A DNA stretch of 64,000 nucleotides from Ranitomeya imitator (lineage: Eukaryota): the NCBI RefSeq assembly GCF_032444005.1, contig NC_091282.1, forward strand, positions 768,056,001 to 768,120,000. The letters are read 5' to 3'. Below the pieces are notes generated by a model. That model did no database searches. It worked only from the letters and a program-made list of their open reading frames with translations, and had not been told where the DNA came from. How positions within the stretch are numbered: the stretch's first letter is position 1; every line of letters starts with the position of its first letter. This document shows positions 37,481 through 50,134 of this stretch, one piece after another. A program made the translations under genes and the position numbers.

Positions 37481-37934
37481 CCTGGGAGTTATTTTAGAAC
37501 CACACAGCAGTATAATCATTGTACATTTGCAATTGATGTTTTTTACTGGAAGATCAGCATATACTGTATATTTAAGAATTATTGAGTAGGCCAAGGTTGG
37601 AATCCTTTGCAGACCTTGCTGATGGCCTGTGTCTCGCTCTGCTTAAATGTCTCAATGTGAAGCAGTCTCCGTTCTTCACTGCAAGAATGGAAGCAACGTA
37701 GAGACTGATAACTGCCAGATACTCCACATCCTGGCTCTAGGATTGTGTCCTGATTTCTTTTCCTTCTGTTTTTTTTTAATACCTCCTCACCGTTGAGTGC
37801 TAGCTCATCCCACAATTTTCCTGGGTAAATTGTGAGTTCTTGCTTGCAGTGTGGTAGTTGTGTAGTCTAGTGGTCCAATGGTCACCAGGGGCCGATTATC
37901 ACTGCAGTAACTATCTCCATTACTTCTTCTAAAG

Positions 37935-38000
37935 ATTGAAAAACTGCAAAATCACCTGGTGACGCAGAAGAAGTCAGCAGAAGAGGAGCGAGTGAGGCTG
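37935..38000 (+). CDS. bbof1: BBOF1-like exon 3 (IEKLQNHLVTQKKSAEEERVRL)
   Basis: Acceptor ttcttctaaag, donor CTG|GTGAGT, 66 nt, phase 0-0. Resembles BBOF1 IEKLKQQL..AQEEKDKL. Confidence 0.88.
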
Positions 38001-38509
38001 GTGAGTGTCATCGGGTGGCTATTTTCCAGGCACTGTAATTACGACAGACTGTTGTCCTCCAGCAGCGTCACTCTTGTAGCCTGTCCCCAGTACATATGTT
38101 TAATATAGAGACGATCATCATGAGTGTGGAGACAGTGTGGCGGATATAATCATGTGATTGCACCAAGACTTTGGCGTATTATGTGCAAACACTTGGTGGA
38201 TGATATTGTTTACAGTAAGCCAATGAATGATGTGTGTACAGGAAGCCGACCAATGGGGTCATCTACAGTATTTTAACCACTTGACTCATAGACCCTAATT
38301 ATACCTATGTGGATGTGCCTCTGTTTTACCCAGTCATAGCTTCACACATTCTCACCTATGATGATGGAATGACTTATGGCTAGTACTTCGTTTGTATATC
38401 CTTGTCTTGCCTCACATTCCTTTTTGCACCATAAGCTGTTTTTCATGTGGATTACTTATTAAACTTTTTTCATGTTTACTTGTTACTCCTTTTACTCCAG
38501 TTTTTTATG

Positions 38510-40535
38510 TCTGTGTGTTGATGCGTCTGTGTGCTGTTCTTAGTTCTTGTGGGGCTGCTGTGCCTGTGTGTTGGTGCACTGTCCTTAGTTCTTGTTGGGC
38601 GTCTGTGTGGTGTGGGTGCTGTCCTTAGTCTTTGTGGGGCTGCTATTTCTTTGTGTTGCCGTGTCTGTGGTATGCTTTTCTTAGTTCTTGTGGGGCTCCT
38701 GTGTCTGTGTGTTGCTGAGTCTGTGTGCTGTCCGTAGTTCTTGTGGGGCTGCTGTGTCTCTGAGTTGTGTCTGTCTGCTGTGCTGTCCTTATGTCTTGTG
38801 CTGCCATTTCTGTGTGTTGCATCTGTGTGGTGTGCTGTCCATATGTCTTGTGGTGCTGCTGTGTCTGTATGTTGCTGTGTCTGTGTGGTGTGCTATCCCT
38901 AGGTCTTGTGGGGCTGCTTTTTGTTGCTGTGTTTGTGTAGTGTGCTGTCCTTAGTTCTTGTGGGGCTGCTGTGTCTGTGTGTTGCTGCGCTGTCTGTAGT
39001 TCTTGTGGGGCTGCTATGTCTGTGAGTTGCGGCGTCCGTGTGGTTTGCTGTCCTTAGTTCTTGTGGAGCTGCTGTGTTTGTGTGTTGCTTCCTCTGTGTG
39101 ATGTGCTGTCCTTAGTTCTTGTGGGACTGCTGTGTTTGTGTGTTGCTGCGTCTGTGTGGTGTGCTGTTCTTAGTTCTTGTGGGGCTGCTATGTCTGTGTG
39201 TTGCTGCGTCCATGTGGTGTGCTGTCCTTAGTTCTTGTGGAGCTGCTGTGTTTGTGTGTTGCTTCCTCTGTGTGATGTGCTGTCCTTAGTTCTTGTGGGG
39301 CTGCTGTGTCTGTGTGTTGCTGTGTCTGTGTGGTGTGCTGTCCCTAGGTCTTGTGGGGCTGCTTTGTGTTGCTGCATTTGTGTAGTGTACTGTCCTTAGT
39401 TCTTGTGGGGCTGTTGTGTTTGTGTGTGGCTGTGCTGTCCGTAGTTCTTGTGGGGCTGCTGTGTCTGTGTTGCTGCATCTGTGTGGTGTGCTGTCCATAG
39501 TTCTTGTGGGGCTGCTATGTCTGTGTGTTGCTGTGTCTGTGTGGTGTGCTGTCCGTAGTTCTTGTGGGGCTGCTGTGTCTGTTGCTGCGTCTGTGTGGTG
39601 TGCTGTCCGTAGTTCTTGTGGGGTTGCTATGTCTGTGTGTTGCTATGTCTGTGTGGTGTGCTGTCCGTAGTTCTTGTGGGGCTGCTGTGTCTGTTGCTGC
39701 GTCTGTGTGGTGTGCTGTCCGTAGTTCTTGTGGGGCTGCTGTGTCTGTGTGTTGCTGTGTCTGTGTGGTGTGCTGTCGTTAGTTCTTGTGGGGCTGCTAT
39801 GTCTGTATGTTGCTGCGTCTGTGTGGTGCGCTGTCCGTAGTTCTTGTGGGGCTGCTATGTCTATGTTGCTGTGTCTGTGTGGTGTGCTGTCCGTAGTTCT
39901 TGTGGGGCTGCTATTTCTGTGTATTGCTGCGTCTGTGTGGTGTGCTGTCCGTAGTTCTTGTGGGGCTGCTATGTCTGTGTGTTGCTGTGTCTGTGTGGTG
40001 TGCTGTCCGTAGTTCTTGTGGGGCTGCTATCTCTGTGTGTTGGTGCGTCTGTGCTGCGCTGTCCGTAGTTCTTGTGGGGCTGCTGTGTCTGTGTTGCTGC
40101 GTCTGTGTCGTGTGCTGTCCGTAGTTCTTGTGGGGCTGCTGTGTCTGTGTGTTGCTGCGTCTGTGTAGTGTGCTGTCCGTAGTTTTTGTGGGGCTGCTGT
40201 GTCTGTGTTGCTGCGTCTGTGCTGCGCTGTCCGTAGTTCTTGTGGTGCTGCTGTGTCTTTGTGTTGCTGTGTCTGTGTGGTGTGCTGTCCGTAGTTCATG
40301 TGGTGCTGCTATGTCTGTGTGTTGCTGCGTTTGTGTACTGCGCTGTCCGTAGTTCTTGTGGGGCTGCTGTGTCTGTGTGTTGCTGCATCTGTGTGGTGTG
40401 CTGTCCGTAGTTCTTGTGGGGCTGCTGTGTCTGTGTGTTGCTGCGTCTGTGTGGTGTGCTGTCCGTAGTTCTTGTGGGGCTGCTGTGTCTGTGTGTTGCT
40501 GCGTCTGTGTGGTGTGCTGTCCGTAGTTCTTGTGG
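38510..40535. repeat. ~54-58-bp GT-rich, A-poor minisatellite
   Basis: Unit gtgtggtgtgctgtccgtagttcttgtggggctgctgtgtctgtgtgttgctgcgtct. The left part is more diverged. Confidence 0.93.
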
Positions 40536-40833
40536 ACCCGCTTTGCCTGTGGGGCTATTCAGACAGCTGCCCTTAGTTTTTGTGGGTGATTTACTTCATT
40601 TTACATATTTCAGCTTTCTTGTGTCTGTTCTGTTCTTAGTGTGTGCCAAGATCAGGGGCCATTTAGTTGGAACATCGGAGTCCGCGCAGGTCACAGTAGC
40701 GGCCCGGTACTTATCCTTACATGGCTATTTGGTAGCTGACATTGTGTGTGATGCTGGGAGTTATTGTCCACTCATACTTTGCCTTTCTGGCCCAATGACC
40801 TTATCAATCAGTGAAAATGGTATTCTTTTCAAG

Positions 40834-40977
40834 GTGGAGACATATAAGAAGCAGATTTCGTGTCTGGAAGAGGAATGTTCCCATAGAGCCCATGAGATGC
40901 AAGTCATTCAGTCCGAGTTCAGAATGATGAAGGAATTCCGCAGACAAAAAGCAGAACTAGAGCGAGAATTGGATGAG
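40834..40977 (+). CDS. bbof1: BBOF1-like exon 4 (VETYKKQI..HEMQVIQSEFRMMKEFRRQKAELERELDE)
   Basis: Acceptor ttcttttcaag, donor GAG|GT, 144 nt, phase 0-0. Confidence 0.88.
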
Positions 40978-41054
40978 GTTGTACTTTCCCCCGGCATGTG
41001 TGTCAACAATAAAGGAGATGGACTCCTCTTTTACATTCATGATCTATCCCTCAG

Positions 41055-41135
41055 ATTAAAGACAGGCTCCTCAGAGCCACAAAGGATCATGAAAAAGCTC
41101 TGTCTGCCACAGAAAAGCACTTCATCGAAGAGAAG
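41055..41135 (+). CDS. bbof1: BBOF1-like exon 5 (IKDRLLRATKDHEKALSATEKHFIEEK)
   Basis: Acceptor ccctcag, donor AAG|GTAATG, 81 nt. Ends F.EEK as in BBOF1. Confidence 0.88.
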
Positions 41136-41686
41136 GTAATGTTACTTGTGAAAGCAGATAAACCTCCTAAAGAGGGTCTGTCACTTGCTCAAAAAATTAG
41201 AGTTAAATGCCTCATTAAAAACGTTGTTGTTGTTTACGGGTTTTGCATTTCGTCATTCTATTGCAGAGTAATTGGCATTTGTTTCTTCTGGAGCTCACTA
41301 TGTGAAATCTCTGTAGTGCAACTGGGCGGGGCTTCTTCAGATTTTGGACTCTGCATGAAACTTTACCCCGCCTTCCTAGACACTGCCGGGATGTGATGGG
41401 CCGTGCTGCCCTGAGAGCACACTCTAGGGAAATGCCCAGTTGTATTACAAGCAGAGATTTCACACAATGCTTTCCAAAAGCAACAGCTCTAAATTACTGG
41501 GCAATATGACATGACTTATCTGCAGCGTCTAGAACAAACCTGGGAGAGAGCTGTCAGAAGACAGATGGGCGGTAAACCTCTGTGCACTGTCCATCACCCC
41601 GGAATCGTTGGGTCCCACGTATTCTGCTGGTGCATTCATCTGCATTTTCAGGATCTCATTTGGTTTTCTTTGTTTGTTGTCCACAG

Positions 41687-41757
41687 CAACGTTTGGAGAA
41701 GGAGGCGGAGAAGAAGATTCTGCTGCTGGCAGAGGAAGCTCACACGGAGGCCGTCAC
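41687..41757 (+). CDS. bbof1: BBOF1-like exon 6 (QRLEKEAEKKILLLAEEAHTEAV)
   Basis: Acceptor ttgtccacag, donor AC|GTGAGC, phase 0-2. Resembles HRLEQEAEKKIIMLAERAH. Confidence 0.9.
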
Positions 41758-41791
41758 GTGAGCACTCTGCTGACCATTTTTATTCCCTTAA

Positions 41792-42180
41792 AGGGGTTGT
41801 CCACTACTAGTGTTTGGCCCCCCTTAAAACCTATACTCGCATCCCGTGCCAGCTCCGTTCCCGTGGCTGTGATACGGTGTTGTGACACATGATGCCGGCA
41901 TCCAATCAGCTTTGGCGTCAGTGTCTCCACTTCCAGACAAACTGAACATGAAGAAGAAGTTGGGGATTAGACGTAACCCACACTTCCTCTTCATGTTCAG
42001 TTTGTCTGAAGACGGAGACAGTGACGCCAGTGCTGATTGGATGCCGGAGTCACGTGTCAACCGCACAAGAGCCCCGGGGAGAGCAAATGCTGACATCGTG
42101 GGCACGGGAGGTCAGTACATTATTTTATCGGGGCCGAACATTTAGTATAAAAGGGGTTGTCCTAGTAGTGGACAACCCCT
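41792..42180. mobile_element. Kolobok/T2-type MITE (389 bp), 34 bp downstream of exon 6
   Basis: TTAA TSD and TIR AGGGGTTGTCCACTACTAG. Confidence 0.9.
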
Positions 42181-42269
42181 TTAATGTGTCTTTTCAATGT
42201 TTTATCAGGAAAATCAAGTATAAAGTACATATAATAAAGCCAAAACCATAAATTTGTTATGAAAAACGT

Positions 42270-45200
42270 GGATTAGAACAACAGGTAAATATGTTTCCAG
42301 GAGTCCATCGTGACAACACCATGCAGGTTATCCTTCTTAGCCTTTCAGGGACAAGAAACACGCAAGACGTTAAAAGATCCTGAGAGTCTTTCCCCACTTT
42401 TTTCTTGTTACAATTCAGGACAAGGGAACTCCTGCTACATCACTCCCTACCCCCAAGAGGTCGGGCAAGGCCTTTGGGAAGTCCAAGAGATGCCCCATTT
42501 GCAGCATAAAATTGACCGTGGTCTATGGGAAACAGTTATGTGAAGGATGCACCAATAAGATTGTTAGGAATGAACAGCCAACATTCCTATCAGAGATGAG
42601 GTCCATGATTCGAGCGGAGGTTCAGGCCTCTATTTCTATCCTTGCTCCTCCACAGACTCCCCAACCGGTTCCACTTGCTAAAAGACCAAGATGAGAAATG
42701 GAATTGAGCTCAGAAGAACTGCAATCCCTAGGATTCTAGGATTTGATCAGGAGGAAGAGGGTGAAATAATCTCAGAGCCCCCGGATGTGGGTAAAGATAT
42801 CTGTATTCCTCGGAGGATACTGACAAGCTCATTCAGGCGGTCCGCAATACTATGCAGGTGGAGGAAGCTCAGAAATCGCAGTTAATCGAGGATGAAATGT
42901 TTGGGGGTCTGAGATCCCAAAAGCAAGAGGGTGTTCCCAGTAAATAACCAAATCCCTGCAATGATCCTGTAAGAATGGGAGGAAGTGGAAAAACGGCTAG
43001 TCATACCCTGCGATTTCAGAATTCGGTTACCCTTCAAGCCTGAGGACATTAATAATTGGGAAGAAATCCCCAAGATTGAAGTACCAGTTGCTAAAGTTGC
43101 TAAAAAGAATTCAATATCATTTGAAGACTTTTCAAGCCAAGCCTTAAGGAGCCAATGGATAGGAAGGTAGGTAACCTGAAAAGAGCCTGGGAACCATCAG
43201 CTCAACCCATGTTCTTTTGGATCGGGCAACTGGAGGAACATTTAAGCAAGATGACACCTAGGAAGGACATCTTAGCTTTCCTCCCATTACTGAAATCAGC
43301 CACAGGGTTTATGTCTGAATCGGTCAGTTGTGGCTCCAGAATCTCACACATGCGCCCTGCACTTGAGCGACAATCTGTACCTTTTCCTTCTCTTTATGGT
43401 CAGTGTATTCAGTGTTCTTGTGCTCCAGCGCCTGCACACAAGGACTGGATCATAGAAAGAAAAAAGGGGCGCAGATTGTTGAAATAGTGCAGTGCGCATG
43501 CTCGGGATTCAAGCACCACAACTGCACGTCATAGGTCAGTGTGATGTGCAGAGGGGGGTGATGGTATAATGAAGAGCGGAGGCAGGGATTGCTTCCTGGC
43601 ACCACATGCCCCAGAGCCTGGAAGAAATCATTAGCATAATGAAATAAGAGTCTATTTCTCCACATGTAGACAGCAACTATGAGGCATACAGGTAAGACTA
43701 GATTAGCATTTCTATTACTTGTATGCCTATAGTAATAGCTGAAAAGTGTCCCAGGGGTTGACAGATTCCCTTTAATAGGGGTCTTCGGCCAAGCACACTA
43801 AAGGTCCAGATATCAGCGTTAAGTGTTTTTTTGACCATCCCCCAGCCTCTCACCCGTGGGTGACCAAATTCACTAGAGCAATGCAGAGGCTAAAGGTACC
43901 TTCACACGGAACAACTTAACAATGATATCGCTAGCGATCTGTGATGTTACAGCGTCCTGGATAGCGATATCGTTGTGTTTGACACGCAGCAGCGATCTGA
44001 ATCCTGCTGTGACATCGTTGGTCGGAGCAGAAAGGCCAGAACTTTATTTCGTCGCTGGATCTCCCGCAGACATCGCTGAATCGGCGTGTGTGACGCCGAT
44101 TCAGCGATGTTTTCACTGGTAACCAGGGTAAACATCGGGTTACTAAGCGCAGGGCCACGCTTAGTAACCCGATGTTTACTCTGCTTACCATTGTAAATGT
44201 AAAAAAAAACAAACAGTACATACTTACATTCCGGTGTCTGTCCCCTCGCCGTCAGCTTCCCGCACTGACTGTGAGCGCTGGCCGGCCGTAAAGCACAGCG
44301 GTGACGTCACCGCTGTGCTTTACGGCCGGCCGGCGCTGACACAGTGCAGGGAAGCTAACGGCGAGGGACATACACCGGAATGTAAGTATTTACTGTTTGT
44401 TTTTTTTAACTTTTACAATGGTAACCAGGGTAAACATCGGGTTACTATGCGTGGCCCTGCGCTTAGTAACCCGATGTTTACCCTGGTTACCAGGGGACTT
44501 CGGCATCGTTGGTCGCTGGAGAGCTGTCTGTGTGACAGCTCTCCAGCGACCACACAGCGACGAAACAGCGACGCTGCAGCGATCGGCATCGTTGCCTATA
44601 TCGCTGCTGCGTCGCTTAATGTGACGGTACCTTAAGACCCACTATAAGAAGATCTATGCCCCATGGGACTTAAACTTAGTTCTTAATGCCCTAAGTAAAC
44701 TCCATTAGGTGCGCTCAGAGGACATATACACTGCAAGACTAACATTTAAAACAGCATTTTTAGTAGCAATTACTTCCACTAAAAGAGTGGGGGAGACACA
44801 GGCCCTGTCCATCCAGGATCTGTATCTTCAGATCCTGGAAGATCGGATAATCTTTAGACTCGATCCTACTTTATTGCTTAAGGTAGTATCTACCCAGAAC
44901 ATAAATCAGGAAATAGTCTTACCCTCCTTTTGTCAACATCCTAAAAACCAAAAAGGAGCACCTCTTCTATGACTTGGATGTAAGACAGGTGGTCATTAGT
45001 TACATAGAGGCCACACGTGAGTGGAAGCAGGATACCAACCTATTCGTTCAATACAGGGGCAGAAAAAGGGGAAGAAAGCTTCCAAACCCACTATATCTAG
45101 ATGGATAAAATCTAGCCTATAGTTCAGAGAAGATCTTCTCTCCAGGGAACCTAAAAGCCCACTCGACTAGAGCAGTTGGCACCTCCAGGCCTGAAAGAGC

Positions 45201-45670
45201 AGGGACCTTGGTGGAACAAATTAGTAGGGCAGCAACTTGGGCCAGAATGAATACGTTTTGTAAACATTATACATTGGATGTCAGGTCAACAAACTGCTTT
45301 TGGAAGGAAAGTTCTCCAAGCAGTGGTCCCACCCTAGAAGGAGGTACTTTGGTATTCTCCTTGGTGCTATCAGGAGGGACGTCCCGGAAAATGGGGATTA
45401 GACCTACTGGTAATTATGTTTCCAGGAGTCCATCCTGACAGCATGGTTAGTTCCTTCCCTTATGATTTCCTATTACTATTGTGATTTAACATTGTATGGG
45501 AATTTAATAAAACATAAGTTGCATCAATCCTGGTGTGGTACTTGGAAAAAGCACTGAGGGAGGTGGATGGGAGGGTATTTTTTTAACCTCTTGTGTGTTT
45601 GCTGTCCCTGAAAGGATAAGAACAACATCCATGGTGCTGTCAGGAGGTAGGTCCCAGATATAGGTAGTTT
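42270..45670 (+). mobile_element. Deleted DIRS-like tyrosine-recombinase retrotransposon, interrupted by MITEs
   Basis: YR motifs PWDLNLVL, AITSTKRVGE, KAHSTRA and F.KHY (44640-45330). ORF1-like remnants at 42500-43300. Repeated and inverted terminal segments (tttccaggagtccatc.tgaca.cac at 42294 and 45419; ggtgctgtcaggagg at ~45362 and ~45633). Confidence 0.78.
43894..44632. mobile_element. PIF/Harbinger-type palindromic MITE, copy 2
   Basis: AGGTACC-type TIRs, TAA TSD (43891-43893, 44633-44635), perfect 50-bp central palindrome. Confidence 0.9.
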
Positions 45671-45831
45671 TACAGGTACAAAGTAAAAAAAATGAATGTT
45701 TAGAAGATATTCTATGTTCATAACCTCCAGATCTTTTTGATTATGTAGGGCATTTTATAGCATATCGAGAAGTTGTTCCTTTTTTGTTCTGTGAAGTGTG
45801 ATGTGATCAACAGAATATCATCCTTGAAAAA

Positions 45832-46285
45832 AGAAGGTGGGTAGGGGCTAACTAGGGGCACAGGAGGTACGAAGGTGGGTAGGGCTAACTAGGGGCACAG
45901 GAGGAAGGAAGGTGGGTAGGGGTAACAAGGGGCACAGTAGGAAGGAAGGTAGGTAGGAACTAGGGGCACAGGAGGAAGGAAGGTGGGCAGGGGTAACTAG
46001 GGGCACAGGAGGTACGAAGGTGGGTAGGGCTAACTAGGGGCACAGGAGGAAGGAAGGTGGGTAGGGGTAGCAAGGGGCACAGTAGGAAGGAAGGTAGGTA
46101 GGAGGAACTAGGGGCACAGGAGGAAGGAAGGTGGGTAGGAGTAACTAGGGGCACAGGAGGAAGGAAGGTGGGTAGGGGTAATTAGGGGCACAGGAGGAAG
46201 GAAGGTGGGTAGGGTTAACTGGGCTACAGGAGGAAGGAATGTAGGTAGGAATGACTTAGGGCACAGGAGGAAGGAAGTGGTAGGA
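45832..46285. repeat. 37-bp G-rich minisatellite (ggaggaaggaaggtgggtaggggtaactaggggcaca)n
   Basis: About 12 units read directly. Confidence 0.9.
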
Positions 46286-47946
46286 GTAGATGGGAGTGTT
46301 TGTCACTTGTGTCACCTATCTCGTAATTTGACAGAGATTTGGTTCCTTCTAATCCATTCTAAAAGGAGGTGATGTTTAGTCTGCAATAGAATCGATCATT
46401 TATGTGAGTGCAGTGGTTAGGGAGACGAACTTTGAGGGAAATTGTATTTCTGCCACGGCAACCAAATTTTGCGGAAAGGCATTAAATTATGGTGGGGGAG
46501 TGCAACTAACTCTTCACTGTGGTCGAGCTGGTCTATTTTAAGGAGCAGTTGTTTCTTGAAAGGAGTGTTGGTTGTGCGCCACCATGCGGTATTAGAAGTT
46601 TGCTGGCCATTAGTATAAATGAGGCTAACTTAGATAGGAACCTGTTGTTAGCCTTGACTGGAAAGTATAAGGCGACTTGCTCTGAGGTCAGGGTTACATG
46701 AGAGTGCAGTAGCTCCATTAGAATTTTATTATTATTACTAGATGGTAGCCCGATTCTAACGCATCGGGTATTCTAGAACATGTATGTGTAGTGTATAGCA
46801 CAGCCCACGTAGTATATTGCACAGCCTACGCAGTACATTGCGCAGCCCACGCAGTACATTGCGCAGCCCACGCAGTACATTACACAGCCCACGCAGTACA
46901 TTGCGCAGCCCACGCAATACATTGCGCAGCCCACACAGTACATTGCGCAGCCCACGTAGTACATTGCGCACCCACGTAGTACATTGCGCAGCCCACGTAG
47001 TACATTGCGCAGCCCACGTAGTACATTGCCCAGCCCACGTAGTACATTGCGCAGCCCACGTAGTACATTGCCCAGCCCACGTAGTATATTGCGTAGCCCA
47101 CGTAGTATATTGCGCACCCCAAGTAGTATATTGCGCAGCCCACGTAGTATATTGCAAATCCCACGTAGTATATTGCGCAGCCCACGTAAAATATTGCGCA
47201 GCCCACCTTTTATATTGCGCACCTCACGTATATTGCGCAGCCCACGTTGTATATTGCGCAGCCCACATAGTACATTGCGCAGCCCACGTTGTATATTGCG
47301 CAGCCCACGTAGTATATATTGCGCAGCCCATGTAGTATTTTGCCCAGCCCACGTAGTACATTGCGCAGCCCACGTAGTATATTGCGCTGCCCACGTAGTA
47401 TATTGCACAGCCCACGTAGCATATCACGCAGCCCACGTTGTATATTGCGCAGCCCACATTGTATATTACGCAGCCCACGTAGTATATATTGCGCAGCCCA
47501 TGTAGTATTTTGCCCAGCCCACGTAGTACATTGCGCAGCCCACGTAGTACATTGCGCAGCCCACGTAGTATATTGCGCAGCCCACGTAGTATATTGCGCA
47601 GCCCACGTAGTACATTGCGCAGCCCACGTAGTATATTGCGCAGCCCACGTAGTATATTGCGCAGCCCACGTAGCATATCACGCAGCCCACGTTGTATGTT
47701 GCGCAGCCCACGTTGTATATTGCGCAGCCCACGTAGTATATATTGCGCAGCCCACGTAGTATATTGCGCAGCCCACGTAGTACATTGCGCAGCCCACGTA
47801 GTATATTGCGCAGCCCACGTAGTATATTGCGCAGCCCACGTAGCATATCACGCAGCCAACGTATATTGCGCAGCCCACGTTGTATTTTACGCAGCCCACG
47901 TATATATTGCGCAGCCCACGTTGTATATTGTGCAGCCCACGTTGTA

Positions 47947-49610
47947 CAGTTAGGGCCAGAAATATTTGGACAGTGACACAAGTTTTGTTATTTTAGCTGT
48001 TTACAAAAACATGTTCAGAAATACAATTATATATATAATATGGGCTGAAAGTGCACACTCCCAGCTGCAATATGATAGTTTCCACATCCAAATCGGAGAA
48101 AGGGTTTAGGAATCATAGCTCTGTAATGCATAGCGTCCTCTTTTTCAAGGGACCAAAAGTAATTGGACAATGGACTCTAAGGGCTGCAATTAACTCTGAA
48201 GGCGTCTCCCTCGTTAACCTGTAATCAATGAAGTAGTTAAAAGGTCAGGGGTGGATTCCAGGTGTGTGGTTTTGCATTTGGAAGCTGTTGCTGTGAGCAG
48301 ACAACATGCGGTCAAAGGAACTCTCAATTGAGGTGAAGCAGAACATCCTGAGGCTGAAAAAAAAGAAAAAATCCATCAGAGAGATAGCAGACATGCTTGG
48401 AGTAGCAAAATCAACAGTTGGGTACATTCTGAGAAAAAAGGAATTGACTGGTGAGCTTGGGAACTCAAAAAGGCCTGGGCGTCCACGGATGACAACAGTG
48501 GTGGATGATCGCCGCATACTTAATTTGGTGAAGAAGAACCCGTTCACAACATCAACTGAAGTCCAGAACACTCTCAGTGAAGTAGGTGTATCTGTCTCTA
48601 AGTCAACAGTAAAGAGAAGACTCCATGACAGTAAATACAAAGGGTTCACATCTAGATGCAAACCATTCATCAATACCAAAAATAGACAGGCCAGAGTTAA
48701 ATTTGCAGAAAAACACCTCAAGAAGCCAGCTCAGTTCTGGAAAAGTATTCTATGGACAGATGAGACAAAGATCAACCTGTACCAGAATGTACCAGAATGG
48801 GAAGAAAAAAGTTTGGAGAAGAAAGGGAACGGCACATGATCGATCCAAGGCACACCACATCCTCTGTAAAACATGGTGGAGGCAACGTGATGGCATGGGC
48901 ATGCATGGCTTTCAATGGCACTGGGTCACTTGTGTTTATTGATGACATAAGAGCAGACAAGAGTAGCCGGATGAATTCTGAAGTGTACCGGGATATACTT
49001 TCAGCCCAGATTCAGCCAAATGCTGCAAAGTTGATTGGACGGCGCTTCATAGTACAGATGGACAATGACCCCAAGCATACATCCAAAGCTACCCAGGAGT
49101 TCATGAGTGCCAAAAAGTGGAACATTCTGCAATGGCCAAGTCAATCTCCAGATCTAAACCCAATTGAGCATGCATTTCACTTGCTCAAATCCAGACTTAA
49201 GACGGAAACACCCACAAACAAGCAAGACCTGAAGGCTGCGGCTGTAAAGGCCTGGCAAAAGCATTAAGAAGGAGGAAACCCAGCGTTTGGTGATTTCCAC
49301 GGGTTCCAGACTTAAGGCAGTGATTGCCTCCAAAGGATTTGCAACAAAATATTGAAAATAAAAATATTTTGTTTGGGTTATGTTTATTTGTCCAATTACT
49401 TTTGACCTCCTAATATGTGGAGTGTTTGTAAAGAAATGTGTACAATTCCTACATTTTCTATCAGATATTTTTGTTCAACCCTTCAAATTAAACATTACAA
49501 TCTGCACTTGAATTCTGTTGTAGAGGTTTCATTTCAAATCCAATGTGGTGGCATGCAGAGCCCAACTCGCGAAAATTGTGTCACTGTCCAAATATTTCTG
49601 GCCCTAACTG
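47947..49610 (+). mobile_element. Full-length Tc1 (DD34E) transposon, 1664 bp
   Basis: TA TSD, perfect 35-bp TIR CAGTTAGGGCCAGAAATATTTGGACAGTGACACAA, inner inverted repeat aaaagtaattggacaa (IR/DR layout). Confidence 0.95.
48306..49355 (+). pseudogene. Tc1 transposase with three small frameshifting insertions
   Basis: Paired-like HTH N-terminus, WTDETK, MDNDPKH..(34)..NPIEH. The reading frame switches near 48790, 48840 and 49260. Confidence 0.9.
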
Positions 49611-50134
49611 TATATTGTGCAGCCCACGTTGTATATTGCGCAGCCCACGTTGTATATTTCGCAGCCCACTTTGTATATTGCGCAGCCCACGTTGTATATT
49701 GCACAGCCCACGTAGTATATTGCCCAGCCCACATAATATATTGCACAGCCCACGCAGTCTATAGCAATGTGGGCACCATATCCCTGTTAAAAAAAAAAAA
49801 AAAAAAGGATTAAAATAAAAAATAGTTATATACTCACCTTCCTTTGGCCCCCGGATCGAAGCGGTTACCGACGCTTCTCACGCGCTCTGTTCTGAAGAGT
49901 GAAGAGACGTAGCAGTCTCGCGAGGGGAGTATGCGGGCGCCGGGCACTGACTGCGGGGAGGAAGGAGCGGCCATTTTCTTCCGGACTGTGCCCGTCGCTG
50001 ATTGGTCGTGGCTGTTTTGCCGCGACCAATCAGCGACTTGGATTTTCATGAGACAGAGGCCGCGACCAATGAATATCCGTGACAGACAGAAGGACAGAAA
50101 GACGGAAGTGACCCTTTGACAATTATATAGTAGA

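Larger units (their letters stand above)
46795..49760. repeat. 21-bp minisatellite (gcgcagcccacgtagtatatt)n, split by Tc1 (46795-47946 and 49611-49760)
   Basis: Direct reading. The 7-codon period explains the LRSPRSI / CAAHVVY pseudo-ORFs. Confidence 0.93.
46738..50134 (-). mobile_element. Non-autonomous Helitron carrying a 21-bp minisatellite and a Tc1 insertion
   Basis: Minus strand A|TC start at 50134; hairpin CCCGAT..ATCGGG then CTAG|T end at 46738. Inserted into an (ATT)n L2 tail. Confidence 0.82.

Noticed and set aside
40414-41139. 241-aa ORF as a stand-alone gene
   Set aside because: It is a composite of repeat-derived sequence, exon 4 in frame, the 77-bp intron 4, and exon 5 out of frame. 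The spliced model explains it better.
46756-47981. Many overlapping ORFs with 7-residue periodicity
   Set aside because: They are a direct consequence of the 21-bp unit.
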